From Nanobdellota archaeon (lineage in GTDB: Archaea > Nanobdellota > Nanobdellia > Woesearchaeales > JAHWHD01): DNA of 17,167 bases. Where the stretch lies: NCBI GenBank assembly GCA_034722435.1, contig JAYENX010000013.1, positions 1 through 17,167 on the forward strand, in the 5' to 3' direction. Below are positions 6,142-14,994 of the stretch, in pieces. Position 1 is the first letter of the stretch; the number at the start of each line of letters is the position of its first letter. The position numbers and the translations under genes are program-made. Under the pieces are notes generated by a model. That model saw nothing but the letters and a program-made list of their open reading frames with translations. It was not told where the DNA came from and did no database searches.

Positions 6142-6603
6142 ATGGCAGAAATAGAATTCCAACACATTGTAAGGGTAAGAAACACCGACCTTAACGGTAA
6201 CTTAAACATAGTTAATGCTCTAAGAAAAATTAGAGGCGTTTCATTTATGTTTGCTAACATGGCTTGTGTTCTTACAAATCTGGATAAATCTAAACAAACA
6301 GGTATACTTTCTGCAGACGAAATTAAGAAACTAGAAGACTTCTTTCTAGATCCTGTTAAATTTGGTGCACCAGAATGGGCTCTTAACAGAAGAAAAGATC
6401 CTTATGACGGAAAATCTTCACAATTACTTTCTACAGATATAAGATTTGTTACTGATAACGATATAAAACGTCTTAAGATGATTAAGTGTTACAGAGGTAC
6501 TAGACATATGTCAGGACTTCCTTCACGAGGTCAAAAGACTAAATCAAACTTTCGAAGACATAAGGGTAAAAGTGTTGGAGTAAAGAAGAAAAAAGGTAAA
6601 TAA
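6142..6603 (+). CDS. rps13: 30S ribosomal protein uS13
   Basis: FQHIVRVRNTDLNG, ALRKIRGV, PEWALNRRKDPYDG, IKCYRGTRHMSGLPSRGQKTKSNFR. Start set to ATG 6142. Confidence 0.96.
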   Translation: MAEIEFQHIVRVRNTDLNGNLNIVNALRKIRGVSFMFANMACVLTNLDKSKQTGILSADEIKKLEDFFLDPVKFGAPEWALNRRKDPYDGKSSQLLSTDIRFVTDNDIKRLKMIKCYRGTRHMSGLPSRGQKTKSNFRRHKGKSVGVKKKKGK

Positions 6604-6605
6604 AC

Positions 6606-7388
6606 ATGGGAGATCCAAAAAAGATTAGGAAAAAGTATAGGACACCTCAACATCCTTGGGAAGCTACAAGATTGGCAGAGGAATCAATTCTTATCAAAGG
6701 ATACGGTCTCAAAAACAAAAAAGAGATCTGGAAAGTTTCTTCTCTCATGAGAAAATACACTCATAATGCAAAAAACCTAATTACATCTCGAACAAAACAA
6801 GCAGAGGTTGAAAAATTACAATTACTTACAAAACTTCTTAAATTAGGATTATTACAAGAAGGTGCAAAGATTGAAGACGTCCTTGGCTTGGATATTAAAG
6901 ATTTTATGGAGAGAAGACTTCAAAGCGTAGTTTTTAAGAAAGGTCTGGCGCGTTCGATGAAACAGGCAAGACAATTTATTACTCATGAACATATTCTTGT
7001 TAACGGTAAAAAGATTTCAGTTCCTTCATATTTAGTTTTAAGAGATGAAGAACCTACTGTGGCTTTTATAGATTCATCTTCACTTTCAAATCCTGACCAT
7101 GCTGAAAGAAATCTTCCTGAAAAAGTTGAAGAAGTGAAACCTGAGTCAGATAAAAAAGAAAAATCTAAACCTAAGAAAACTAAAGAATCTAAAAAATCTA
7201 AAGAGAATAAAGATACTAAAAATACTGAAGATACTGAAACTAAAGAAGTAAAAGAATCTGAAGAAGAAACTAAAAAAGAAGTGAAAGAGGAAGTAAAAAC
7301 TGAATCTGTAGACGTAAAAGAAGACAAGTCTAAAGAAGAATCTGAAGTTCCTGAAGCAACTAAAGAAGAAGTTGGAGATAAAAAATAA
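6606..7388 (+). CDS. rps4: 30S ribosomal protein uS4 with long charged C-terminal extension
   Basis: [29 protein letters not shown]4 domain [33 protein letters not shown]. Confidence 0.97.
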   Translation: MGDPKKIRKKYRTPQHPWEATRLAEESILIKGYGLKNKKEIWKVSSLMRKYTHNAKNLITSRTKQAEVEKLQLLTKLLKLGLLQEGAKIEDVLGLDIKDFMERRLQSVVFKKGLARSMKQARQFITHEHILVNGKKISVPSYLVLRDEEPTVAFIDSSSLSNPDHAERNLPEKVEEVKPESDKKEKSKPKKTKESKKSKENKDTKNTEDTETKEVKESEEETKKEVKEEVKTESVDVKEDKSKEESEVPEATKEEVGDKK

Positions 7389-7392
7389 TAAA

Positions 7393-7860
7393 ATGGCAGA
7401 GCAAACAAAACCTAAAAGGGATTTTAAGAAAACCACGGGTAGAGATTGGAAAAGACCTGTAAGAAAACCTTTCAATGCAAGGTGGGGAATCGCTCACATA
7501 TTTTCATCTTATAATAATACGATAATTCATATTACTGATATTACTGGTACTGAAACCATTTCAAAGGGTTCCGGTGGCATGGTTGTCAAGGCACACCGTC
7601 TTGAAGGATCGCCTACTGCAGCAATGACTGCTGCAAAAAAGGCTGCAGAGATTGCACGAGATAAAGGAATCACTGCTATTCATGTTAAAATCAAAGCTCC
7701 AGGTGGACATAACGGACCTAACAATCCAGGACCTGGTGCACAAGCAGCTGTAAGAGCTCTTTCCAGAATGGGTTTAAGAATTGGCATAATTGAAGATGTT
7801 ACCCCAATTCCGCACGATGGTTGCAGAAAGAAAGGTGGAAGGAGAGGTAGACGTGTATAA
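7393..7860 (+). CDS. rps11: 30S ribosomal protein uS11
   Basis: [57 protein letters not shown]. Start set to ATG 7393. Confidence 0.97.
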   Translation: MAEQTKPKRDFKKTTGRDWKRPVRKPFNARWGIAHIFSSYNNTIIHITDITGTETISKGSGGMVVKAHRLEGSPTAAMTAAKKAAEIARDKGITAIHVKIKAPGGHNGPNNPGPGAQAAVRALSRMGLRIGIIEDVTPIPHDGCRKKGGRRGRRV

Positions 7861-7861
7861 A

Positions 7862-8650
7862 ATGGAAATTCAATATCTCTCGAAGGATAAAGAAAAAGTT
7901 TCTTTTTTGATAAAGGACTCTACAGCAGCATTCGCTAACACATTACGAAGAACTATCGTTGACGAAGTTCCTACTATGGCAATTGAAGATGTGGAGATTA
8001 GAAAAAATAACTGCATACTTTATGACGAAATAGTCGCACACAGACTAGGATTAGTTGTATTAAAGACAGACTTAAAATCTTACAATCTTCCTTCTGAATG
8101 TAAATGTGGTGGTGAGGGTTGTGCAAGATGTCAATGCAAATTAACTTTAAAATCTAAATCTCAGATTGTTACTGCTTCAGAACTTACATCTACAGATCCT
8201 AAAATTGTTCCTGTTTACTCTGAAACTCCTATTGCTAAGTTGATTAAGGGTCAAGAGCTTGAACTTGAAGCAACTGCAGTTCTTGGTAAAGGTAAAGAAC
8301 ACGCAAAATGGTCTCCAGGTTTAGCTTTTTACAAACATCCTGTTAATATTAAAATTAATCAATCAAAGATAAAAAATAATGACGAAATTGTTGAAGCTTG
8401 TCCTCTTAACATATTTGAATCTAAAAGTGGTAAGTTAGCAATTAATGATAAAAATGTTATCAAGTGTCATCTTTGTGAAGCTTGTACTGATTTATGTCCT
8501 CAAGGTATAGAGCTTAACGCTGACCGTTCAAGTTTTATATTCACAATCGAATCTTGGGGCCAATTAAAACCTAAAGATATTATAAAAAAAGCTGTCGAAG
8601 TTTTAGATTCAAAATTCGACGAATTTACTAAGAAGGTTAAAGAACTATGA
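7862..8650 (+). CDS. rpoD: DNA-directed RNA polymerase subunit D (Rpo3) with ferredoxin-like Fe-S domain
   Basis: AFANTLRRTIVDEVPTMAIE, LYDEIVAHRLGL, CKCGGEGCARC, GKGKEHAKWSP, EACP...CHLCEACTDLCP, FIFTIESWGQLKP. Start set to ATG 7862. Confidence 0.96.
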   Translation: MEIQYLSKDKEKVSFLIKDSTAAFANTLRRTIVDEVPTMAIEDVEIRKNNCILYDEIVAHRLGLVVLKTDLKSYNLPSECKCGGEGCARCQCKLTLKSKSQIVTASELTSTDPKIVPVYSETPIAKLIKGQELELEATAVLGKGKEHAKWSPGLAFYKHPVNIKINQSKIKNNDEIVEACPLNIFESKSGKLAINDKNVIKCHLCEACTDLCPQGIELNADRSSFIFTIESWGQLKPKDIIKKAVEVLDSKFDEFTKKVKEL

Positions 8651-9009
8651 AGAGAACAGGTCCAACAAATCTAGAACTTAAGAATTTAATACTTGAACTT
8701 AAAAAGAAATCTTCAGATTCAAAAATCCTTCTTTGGAAAAGAATTGCTAGAGATCTTGAAAAACCCTCTAGACAACGAAGAAAAGCTAATTTATACAGAA
8801 TCAATAGATATACTAGAGATGACGAAATTGCTTTAGTTCCTGGAAAAGTACTTTCTTTAGGAAATATAGAGAAAAAAATCACAATCGCAGCTTTAAACTT
8901 TTCAGATCATGCAATTATTAAGATTAATGCCGCCGGTGCAAAAGCAATCACAATTAAAGAATTACTTAAACAAAATCCTGAAGGTAAAAAAGTGAGGATT
9001 ATAGGATAA
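8647..9009 (+). CDS. rpl18e: 50S ribosomal protein eL18
   Basis: TGPTN, LWKRIARDLEKPSRQRRKANLYRINR, VPGKVLSLG, AALNFS. ATGA overlap with rpoD; canonical position in the operon. Confidence 0.95.
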   Translation: MKRTGPTNLELKNLILELKKKSSDSKILLWKRIARDLEKPSRQRRKANLYRINRYTRDDEIALVPGKVLSLGNIEKKITIAALNFSDHAIIKINAAGAKAITIKELLKQNPEGKKVRIIG

Positions 9010-9010
9010 A

Positions 9011-9424
9011 ATGATAATTGACGCAACAGATTTAATAGTGGGAAGACTTGCTACAAAAGCAGCAAAAGCAGCTTTGTTAGGTGAGAAAGTAGACGTTATT
9101 AATTGTGAAAGTGCAATTCTTTCAGGAACCCGACAATCTGTTCTAGCCAAATATAGAAGAAAGAGAGAACTCGGTATTCCATTAAAAGGACCTTATTTCC
9201 CTCGACTTCCTGACAGGTTTGTTAGAAGAATTATAAGAGGTATGCTCCCTTACAAAAGGGCAAGAGGTTCTGAAGCTTTCAAAAGAGTCATGTGTCACGT
9301 TGGCGTACCTGTACAATTTAGAGATAAGAAAACAGAAACTTTTAAAGATGCTAATGTTGGAAAACTTCCTACACTTAAATATGTTAAAGTATTAGAAATA
9401 TGTAAATATCTTGGAGCAAAATGA
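9011..9424 (+). CDS. rpl13: 50S ribosomal protein uL13
   Basis: IIDATDLIVGRLA, VINCESAILSG, GPYFPRLPDRFVRRIIRGMLPYK. Confidence 0.96.
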   Translation: MIIDATDLIVGRLATKAAKAALLGEKVDVINCESAILSGTRQSVLAKYRRKRELGIPLKGPYFPRLPDRFVRRIIRGMLPYKRARGSEAFKRVMCHVGVPVQFRDKKTETFKDANVGKLPTLKYVKVLEICKYLGAK

Positions 9425-9822
9425 CAAAAATAATTCATACATCAGGAAAAAGAAAACGCGCAATAGCAAGAGCTACGCTTAAGTCCGGAACTGGTAAGGT
9501 AAAAGTTAACGGAGTTCTTCTAGACGTTTACGGTACTGAGATTACTAGGACAAAGTTAATGGAACCTTTGATTCTTGCAGATAAATACTCTTCAAAGATT
9601 GATCTCAACGTGAAAGTTATGGGAGGCGGTTTTATGTCTCAAGCAGATGCTGCCCGTCTTGCAATTGGCAGAGCATTAGTTCAATTTGCTAAGAATGATA
9701 AACTAAAGGAACTATTCCTTGAATACGATAGAAACCTTTTAGTTGCAGATACAAGACGAAAAGAAACTTGTAAACCTAACGATTCAAAAGCTCGTGCAAA
9801 ACGACAAAAATCTTACAGGTGA
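9421..9822 (+). CDS. rps9: 30S ribosomal protein uS9
   Basis: SGKRKRAIARA, VMGGGFMSQADAARLAIGRAL, YDRNLLVADTRR, ARAKRQKSYR. Confidence 0.97.
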   Translation: MTKIIHTSGKRKRAIARATLKSGTGKVKVNGVLLDVYGTEITRTKLMEPLILADKYSSKIDLNVKVMGGGFMSQADAARLAIGRALVQFAKNDKLKELFLEYDRNLLVADTRRKETCKPNDSKARAKRQKSYR

Positions 9823-9829
9823 TTAAAAA

Positions 9830-10027
9830 ATGATAATACCTATACGATGTTTCAGCTGTGGAAAACCTATCGCCCACCTCTGGGAAGAATACAAAGAACG
9901 TGTTAAGAACGGAGAAGAACCTAAAAAGGTAATGGACGAACTAGGTCTTGAAAGATATTGTTGTAGAGCTATGTTCTTGGGACATGTAGATCTTATTGAC
10001 ACAACTGGACGATTTAAGAAATTTTAA
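9830..10027 (+). CDS. rpoN: DNA-directed RNA polymerase subunit N (Rpo10)
   Basis: MIIPIRCFSCGK...LGLERYCCRAM zinc motif; Shine-Dalgarno AGGTGAT at 9817-9823. Confidence 0.97.
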   Translation: MIIPIRCFSCGKPIAHLWEEYKERVKNGEEPKKVMDELGLERYCCRAMFLGHVDLIDTTGRFKKF

Positions 10028-10044
10028 TATTTATTTGTTAATTT

Positions 10045-10092
10045 ATTTCTTTATTTTCTTACTTTTTTTCAACTTTCTTTATTTTTTCTTTC
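10045..10092 (+). terminator. Oligo-T rich archaeal terminator region after rpoN
   Basis: Several T-runs including T7 (10063-10069) and T6 (10082-10087) directly after the operon. Confidence 0.55.
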
Positions 10093-10109
10093 CTATATTG
10101 ATTTTACCA

Positions 10110-10122
10110 TAATATTTATATA
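10110..10122 (+). promoter_or_regulatory. TATA box of leuS (predicts a leaderless mRNA)
   Basis: TTTATATA at 10115-10122, with the first T 31 nt upstream of ATG 10146. Confidence 0.55.
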
Positions 10123-10145
10123 ACCAATACTTCTTTATTTTTAAA

Positions 10146-13022
10146 ATGCTCGACTTTAAAAAAATCCAAGATAAATGGCAGAAGAGATGGAAGAAAGATA
10201 ATGTTTTCCGTGTTGATGTTAAAGATTATAAAAAACCTAAATATTATATTACTACTCCTTACCCTTACATGAGCGGACTTTTACATATTGGTCATATTTT
10301 TACTTATATTTATCCTGAAGTAATGTCTCGTTTCAAGAGAATGCAAGGTAACAATGTCCTCTTTAAATGGGGATTTCATTGTACTGGTACGCCACTTGTT
10401 GCAGCTGCTAAACGTGTAGCTGAAGGTGAAGAAAAACAAATAGAAATTCTTAAACAGATGGGCATTCCTGATAAAGATATTTCTAAGTTCGAAAAACCTG
10501 AACACTGGGCAAATCATTTTTCAAAAGAAACATTGAAAGATGTAAAAGCTATGGGTTTCTCTATTGATGAACGTTACACTTTCATAACAACTTCATTAAA
10601 CCCGCCTTATGATTCATTTATCAGGTGGCAATTTAATAAGTTAAAGGATAAAGGTTATGTTAAGAAAGGAAAACATCCTGTTGTATGGTGTCCAAAGGAT
10701 AATGCACCTGTTGGAGACCATGCTAGAGCAGAAGGCGAAGGTGAGACTCCTCAGCAGTTCTGTCTTTTCAAGTTTAAACTTGATGATGATAGATTTGTAG
10801 TTACAGCAACTCTAAGACCCGACACTGCTTGGGGTATTACTAACGTTTATGCAAATCCTGAGATTGAATATGTTGAAATCGATGTTAAAGGTCAGAAATG
10901 GATAGTTGGTGAACCAATTATTGAGAAACTTAATAATCAAGATTATCATGTTAAAGTTATTGGCAAGGTTTCTGGCAAAGACTTAGTTGGCAAGAAAGTT
11001 GAAAGTTTTGGTGGTACTAAAATCTTAATTTTGCCTGCAACATTCTTAGACCCTGAATACGGTACAGGACTCGTACATTCAGTTCCTTCAGATTCTGCAG
11101 ATGACCTTATTGCATTACAAGATTTACAAAAAGATGATGATACTATAAACAAATTCGGGCTTAACATTGATGAAGTAAAAGCTATTAAACCTATTGAAAT
11201 ATTTGACACTCCTGAGATTGGTGGTAACCCTGCACAATACTTTCTGGATAAGTATAAAGTAAATTCTCAAAACCAGAGAGATATTTTAGATAAGATTAAG
11301 AAAGAACTTTACAAACTAACTTTTAATCAAGCTAAATTTAATAGTAAATATAAAAAAGGTTTTTCAAAAGACCTTTCTGGCACGATTGTTAAAGATGGCC
11401 AGGACATTATTAAGAAAGATTTACTCAAACAAGGCATTATTGAACTGTTCTACGAATTAACTGGCGAAGTTGTTTGTCGTTGCCTCACTAAATGTGTTGT
11501 TAAAATTGTTTCCGACCAATGGTTTATAGAATATAACGACCCTAAATGGAAAAAGATAACTCATAAATGTTTGGATGGAATGACAATTTATCCGGACATT
11601 GTCCGAAAACAGTTTGAATATGTTCTTGATTGGTTACATAGGTGGGCCTGTGCCAGAGAATTAGGTCTGGGAACAAAACTGCCTTGGGACGAGAATTGGG
11701 TGATTGAAAGTCTTTCAGATTCTACCTTGCAAATGGTTTATTGCACAATATCTAAATATCTTCAACACCCTAAAGATTACGGTTTTAAAGTTGATAAATT
11801 AAATGATGATTTTTTTGATTACGTTTTTATGTCTAAAGGTAAAATTGCGGATATAGAATCATCTACGGGCATACCTAAGGATATGATTGAAAAAATGAAG
11901 GGTGATTTCGAATATTGGTACCCTTTTGATTTCAGAAACTCCGCTAAAGATCTTTTACAAAATCATCTTTCCTTTTGTTTATTTATACATACCGCTTTGT
12001 TTGATAAGAAGTATTGGCCAAAAGCTTACTCTTTGAATGGCAGGGTGATGGTTGATAATCAGAAAATGTCAAAGTCTAAAGGCAATTTTTATACTACTAG
12101 GGAACTGTATGAAAAAAACTCTTCGGATGTTGTAAGGTTAGCTGCTGCGAATGCCGGTGAAGGCGTTGATGATGCTAACTACGATATGTCTTTCATGGAC
12201 ACTGCAGCTAAAAAGTTAAATGATGTGTATACGTTTGCAGCTCAGAATTATAATAAGGGTAGGAGCGATAGAAAACCTGTTGATGATTGGTTTGAATCAA
12301 TCATAAACGGCGCTGTGCTGAAAACTACTGAGTTGATGGAAAATGTTCAGTTTAAATCTGCACTTTATGTTGGCTTTTTTGAATTACAAAGAAAACTTAA
12401 ATGGTACACTAGAAGAACTAATGGAGATTATAATAAGAATTTGATAAATAAATTCATAGATGTTCAAATTAAAATACTCTCTCCATTTACTCCGCATATC
12501 TGTGAGGACATTTGGGAACTTATCAAAGGAAAAGGTTATATTGCAAATGCTGAATGGCCTAAATGCGATAAGGCGAAAATCAATATCGAATCTCAGAAAG
12601 GTGAAGAGTTGATAACTCAGGTAATGGTTGATATGCAAGCAGTCCTTAAATTAGCCAACCTTAAACAACCTAAAAAGATTACTTTGATTGTGGCTCATAA
12701 ATGGAAGTATAAGTTCATGGATACTTTACGAAAGGTTCTGGCAGATACACGCGATTTCAAACAAATTCTTGGAAAGGTTTTGTCAGGCGATTTGAAACAA
12801 TACGGTAAACATATAACTAAGTTAATTCCTAAATATGTTAAAGCAGGGTCTGTTCCTGAATCAATGACGCAAAAATTTGAATCAGATATTCTTAATGCTT
12901 CAAAAGACTTTTTTTCAAAAGAATATTACGATTCTGAAATTGTTATTGAGATCGCTGATAGATCTGAACACGTTAAAGCCAAACAATCAATGCCTGGTAA
13001 ACCGGCTATTTTGATAGAATGA
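10146..13022 (+). CDS. leuS: Leucine--tRNA ligase (archaeal/eukaryotic type)
   Basis: PYPYMSGLLHIGH (HIGH), ATLRPDT editing-domain start, GTGLVHSVPSDSADD, LPWDENWVIESLSDST, EYWYPFDFRNSAKDL, KMSKS, PFTPHICEDIW, archaeal C-terminus PGKPAILIE. Confidence 0.96.
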   Translation: MLDFKKIQDKWQKRWKKDNVFRVDVKDYKKPKYYITTPYPYMSGLLHIGHIFTYIYPEVMSRFKRMQGNNVLFKWGFHCTGTPLVAAAKRVAEGEEKQIEILKQMGIPDKDISKFEKPEHWANHFSKETLKDVKAMGFSIDERYTFITTSLNPPYDSFIRWQFNKLKDKGYVKKGKHPVVWCPKDNAPVGDHARAEGEGETPQQFCLFKFKLDDDRFVVTATLRPDTAWGITNVYANPEIEYVEIDVKGQKWIVGEPIIEKLNNQDYHVKVIGKVSGKDLVGKKVESFGGTKILILPATFLDPEYGTGLVHSVPSDSADDLIALQDLQKDDDTINKFGLNIDEVKAIKPIEIFDTPEIGGNPAQYFLDKYKVNSQNQRDILDKIKKELYKLTFNQAKFNSKYKKGFSKDLSGTIVKDGQDIIKKDLLKQGIIELFYELTGEVVCRCLTKCVVKIVSDQWFIEYNDPKWKKITHKCLDGMTIYPDIVRKQFEYVLDWLHRWACARELGLGTKLPWDENWVIESLSDSTLQMVYCTISKYLQHPKDYGFKVDKLNDDFFDYVFMSKGKIADIESSTGIPKDMIEKMKGDFEYWYPFDFRNSAKDLLQNHLSFCLFIHTALFDKKYWPKAYSLNGRVMVDNQKMSKSKGNFYTTRELYEKNSSDVVRLAAANAGEGVDDANYDMSFMDTAAKKLNDVYTFAAQNYNKGRSDRKPVDDWFESIINGAVLKTTELMENVQFKSALYVGFFELQRKLKWYTRRTNGDYNKNLINKFIDVQIKILSPFTPHICEDIWELIKGKGYIANAEWPKCDKAKINIESQKGEELITQVMVDMQAVLKLANLKQPKKITLIVAHKWKYKFMDTLRKVLADTRDFKQILGKVLSGDLKQYGKHITKLIPKYVKAGSVPESMTQKFESDILNASKDFFSKEYYDSEIVIEIADRSEHVKAKQSMPGKPAILIE

Positions 13023-13753
13023 AAAAACTCGATAAAGTTATATTATTGATGATCTTTGAATTAATTTTAGCTATAGGACTTATCAGCCTTTCAACAGTTT
13101 CAAAACTTTTGGTAGCAATATTTTTTCCTCCTGTTATTGCAGTCACACTTTTTGCATTGATGGTATCAATAGTGGACATGGATACACATCAAAGAAAAAC
13201 TGCTTATTTCGTTTTTGCACTTTTCTTAGTGGGTATTGCACTATTTTCAACAAGTATAGGTTTTCATTATGCTTCTGATGAGATAAATGAAGCTTTTTTT
13301 CCGTATAAAACAGACTTTTCTTTGGACGACATACTTTTTACAAAAGAAAGAATATATTTCTTAGACGAAATGTTTTCACATTATTTAATGATTGCAGGGG
13401 CAGTAGGTATGGTTTTAGGCATTTTTTCTTGGTGGTACTTTTTCAAGAAAAAAGCACTTCCTGGTTTTGACCCTGATAAAAAAGATTCTTTAGTGGGCAC
13501 ATTTATGCCTGTATTTTTAGGTGCCATATTAGGCGGACTTTCATCTTTTGGTTGTATAGAAGCACAATTAACTTCGTACGCATTAATTATTGCCTTAGCT
13601 GTACTTCCTCCAATATTATTAAAGTTAAGAACTGTAAAAATGGACCGTGCACACATCTCCTTTCTTTTTTTGTTTGGAATAACTACGATAGGCTCTTATC
13701 TTGGTATAATCCTTGCTTATTTGATAACTGTTAAAGCTTTTCCTAATGTATAA
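13019..13753 (+). CDS. Hypothetical polytopic membrane protein
   Basis: 244-aa ORF with about 7 hydrophobic segments and an ATGA overlap with the leuS stop. I do not confidently recognise a family. Confidence 0.7.
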   Translation: MKKLDKVILLMIFELILAIGLISLSTVSKLLVAIFFPPVIAVTLFALMVSIVDMDTHQRKTAYFVFALFLVGIALFSTSIGFHYASDEINEAFFPYKTDFSLDDILFTKERIYFLDEMFSHYLMIAGAVGMVLGIFSWWYFFKKKALPGFDPDKKDSLVGTFMPVFLGAILGGLSSFGCIEAQLTSYALIIALAVLPPILLKLRTVKMDRAHISFLFLFGITTIGSYLGIILAYLITVKAFPNV

Positions 13754-13762
13754 TATAAGAAG

Positions 13763-14037
13763 TGAGCAGGCGCGCCTCTGGTTTGACATAATCCAAAACA
13801 ACCAGTTAATCTTAATCTCTTCTCAATTCCGCAACCCTCTGAGCATCAGTATCAAAAGTTAGGGCTGCTCTGTTCCCAGCCTGACCCGGTTCCTGATAAC
13901 ACCAATCCCAAAGGACAGAATGTCATAGTCCAGACCAAGACTGATTATCTTGAAAAATACCTCGCCAAAGACTCACCCCGCCATATAGCCCAGTTGCGGT
14001 GATAGGTAGGGACTAGCTACCCGGTCGAACCTGCTCA
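13763..14037 (-). ncRNA. ffs: Archaeal SRP RNA (7S)
   Basis: On the - strand: helix 8 GGGTCAGGCTG-GGAA-CAGAGCAGCCC (SRP54-binding loop), terminal helix TGAGCAGG/CCTGCTCA, and an Alu-like 5' domain with hairpins GGGTAG/CTACCT and TCACCGC/GCGG-GGTGA whose loops (TAGTCC, GGGCTA) are complementary. Confidence 0.94.
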
Positions 14038-14058
14038 GTCCTTCCTACTAGAAGTTCA

Positions 14059-14073
14059 TTTTTAAATGTTTCT
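14059..14073 (-). promoter_or_regulatory. BRE/TATA promoter of SRP RNA
   Basis: - strand AGAAACA-TTTAAAAA, with the first T (14066) 30 nt upstream of G at 14036. Confidence 0.65.
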
Positions 14074-14083
14074 ATTGCAGGAT

Positions 14084-14098
14084 AGAAATATTTATTAA
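14084..14098 (+). promoter_or_regulatory. BRE/TATA promoter of the MBL gene, divergent from the SRP promoter
   Basis: GAAATA-TTTATTAA, with the first T (14091) 30 nt upstream of ATG 14121. Confidence 0.55.
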
Positions 14099-14120
14099 CC
14101 TTCAAATAAGGGATTCATTA

Positions 14121-14990
14121 ATGGCTTCACGCATTATCTTTCTTGGGACTGCAGGCGATCATTATGTCTATGGTAAACAGTATAAAGCATCTGGCGGCAT
14201 AGTTTTACAAATTGACGGTAACCAATTTCACATTGATCCTGGTCCTGGCGCATTAGTAAGAGCTGCACAGAATAATATAAACATGCGAGAAACTACAGCC
14301 ATCTTAGTTTCACATAATCATCTCGGACATTCTAATGATGCGAATGCACTCATAGATGCTATGACTCATTCAGGTTTGGATAAGAAAGGAATACTTATTT
14401 CTAACAAAAGTTTTATTGAAGGTAACGACGATATTAGACCTTCGTTAACCCCTTACCATAAAAATTGTGTTGAAAAAGTTATTATGTTAGAACCTGGAAA
14501 AAGAGTAGGTATAGAAAATATTGAGATAGCTGCTTTACCTGCTCAACATTTAGATGCTGACACGATTGGTTTTAAATTCTATACTCCTTATTTTGTACTT
14601 TCATATTCATCGGATACTAAATTTTTTAACGATTTATACAAAGCATATGAAGGTTCGGATATACTTATACTGAACGTTACAAATCCTGATAACGAAAAAT
14701 CCGATAAACTTAATATTGAAGATGCCATAAATTTAGTATCTAAGGTCAAACCTCGACTTGTTATTATTACACATTTCGGTATTAAACTATTAAAAAAAGA
14801 TCCTATACTTCAAGCAAGAGAGGTTCAAAGACAAACTGGTATCCAAACAATTGCTGCTAAAGATGGGATGGTTATAACTCCTGGTACTTACTCTGCAAGA
14901 TCGCAGCAAAAAACTTTGTTAGATATGAAGAGATACAAACCTGCTAATTCTGAAACTGTAAATGTAGATATTTCTGAAGAAACAATTTAA
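14121..14990 (+). CDS. MBL-fold metallo-hydrolase
   Basis: IIFLGTAG, HIDPGPG, SHNHLGH (variant of HxHxDH), AQH, YSSDT, IITHFG. Substrate unknown. Confidence 0.85.
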   Translation: MASRIIFLGTAGDHYVYGKQYKASGGIVLQIDGNQFHIDPGPGALVRAAQNNINMRETTAILVSHNHLGHSNDANALIDAMTHSGLDKKGILISNKSFIEGNDDIRPSLTPYHKNCVEKVIMLEPGKRVGIENIEIAALPAQHLDADTIGFKFYTPYFVLSYSSDTKFFNDLYKAYEGSDILILNVTNPDNEKSDKLNIEDAINLVSKVKPRLVIITHFGIKLLKKDPILQAREVQRQTGIQTIAAKDGMVITPGTYSARSQQKTLLDMKRYKPANSETVNVDISEETI

Positions 14991-14994
14991 GTTT

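Noticed and set aside
7140-7385. Quasi-repeats (ACTAAAGAA, GAATCT) as a repeat array or insertion
   Set aside because: Spacing is irregular, and they are fully explained by low-complexity Lys/Glu coding in the uS4 tail.
8380-8510. Fe-S cluster motif in RpoD as a novelty
   Set aside because: A ferredoxin-like Fe-S domain is an established feature of many archaeal Rpo3 subunits.
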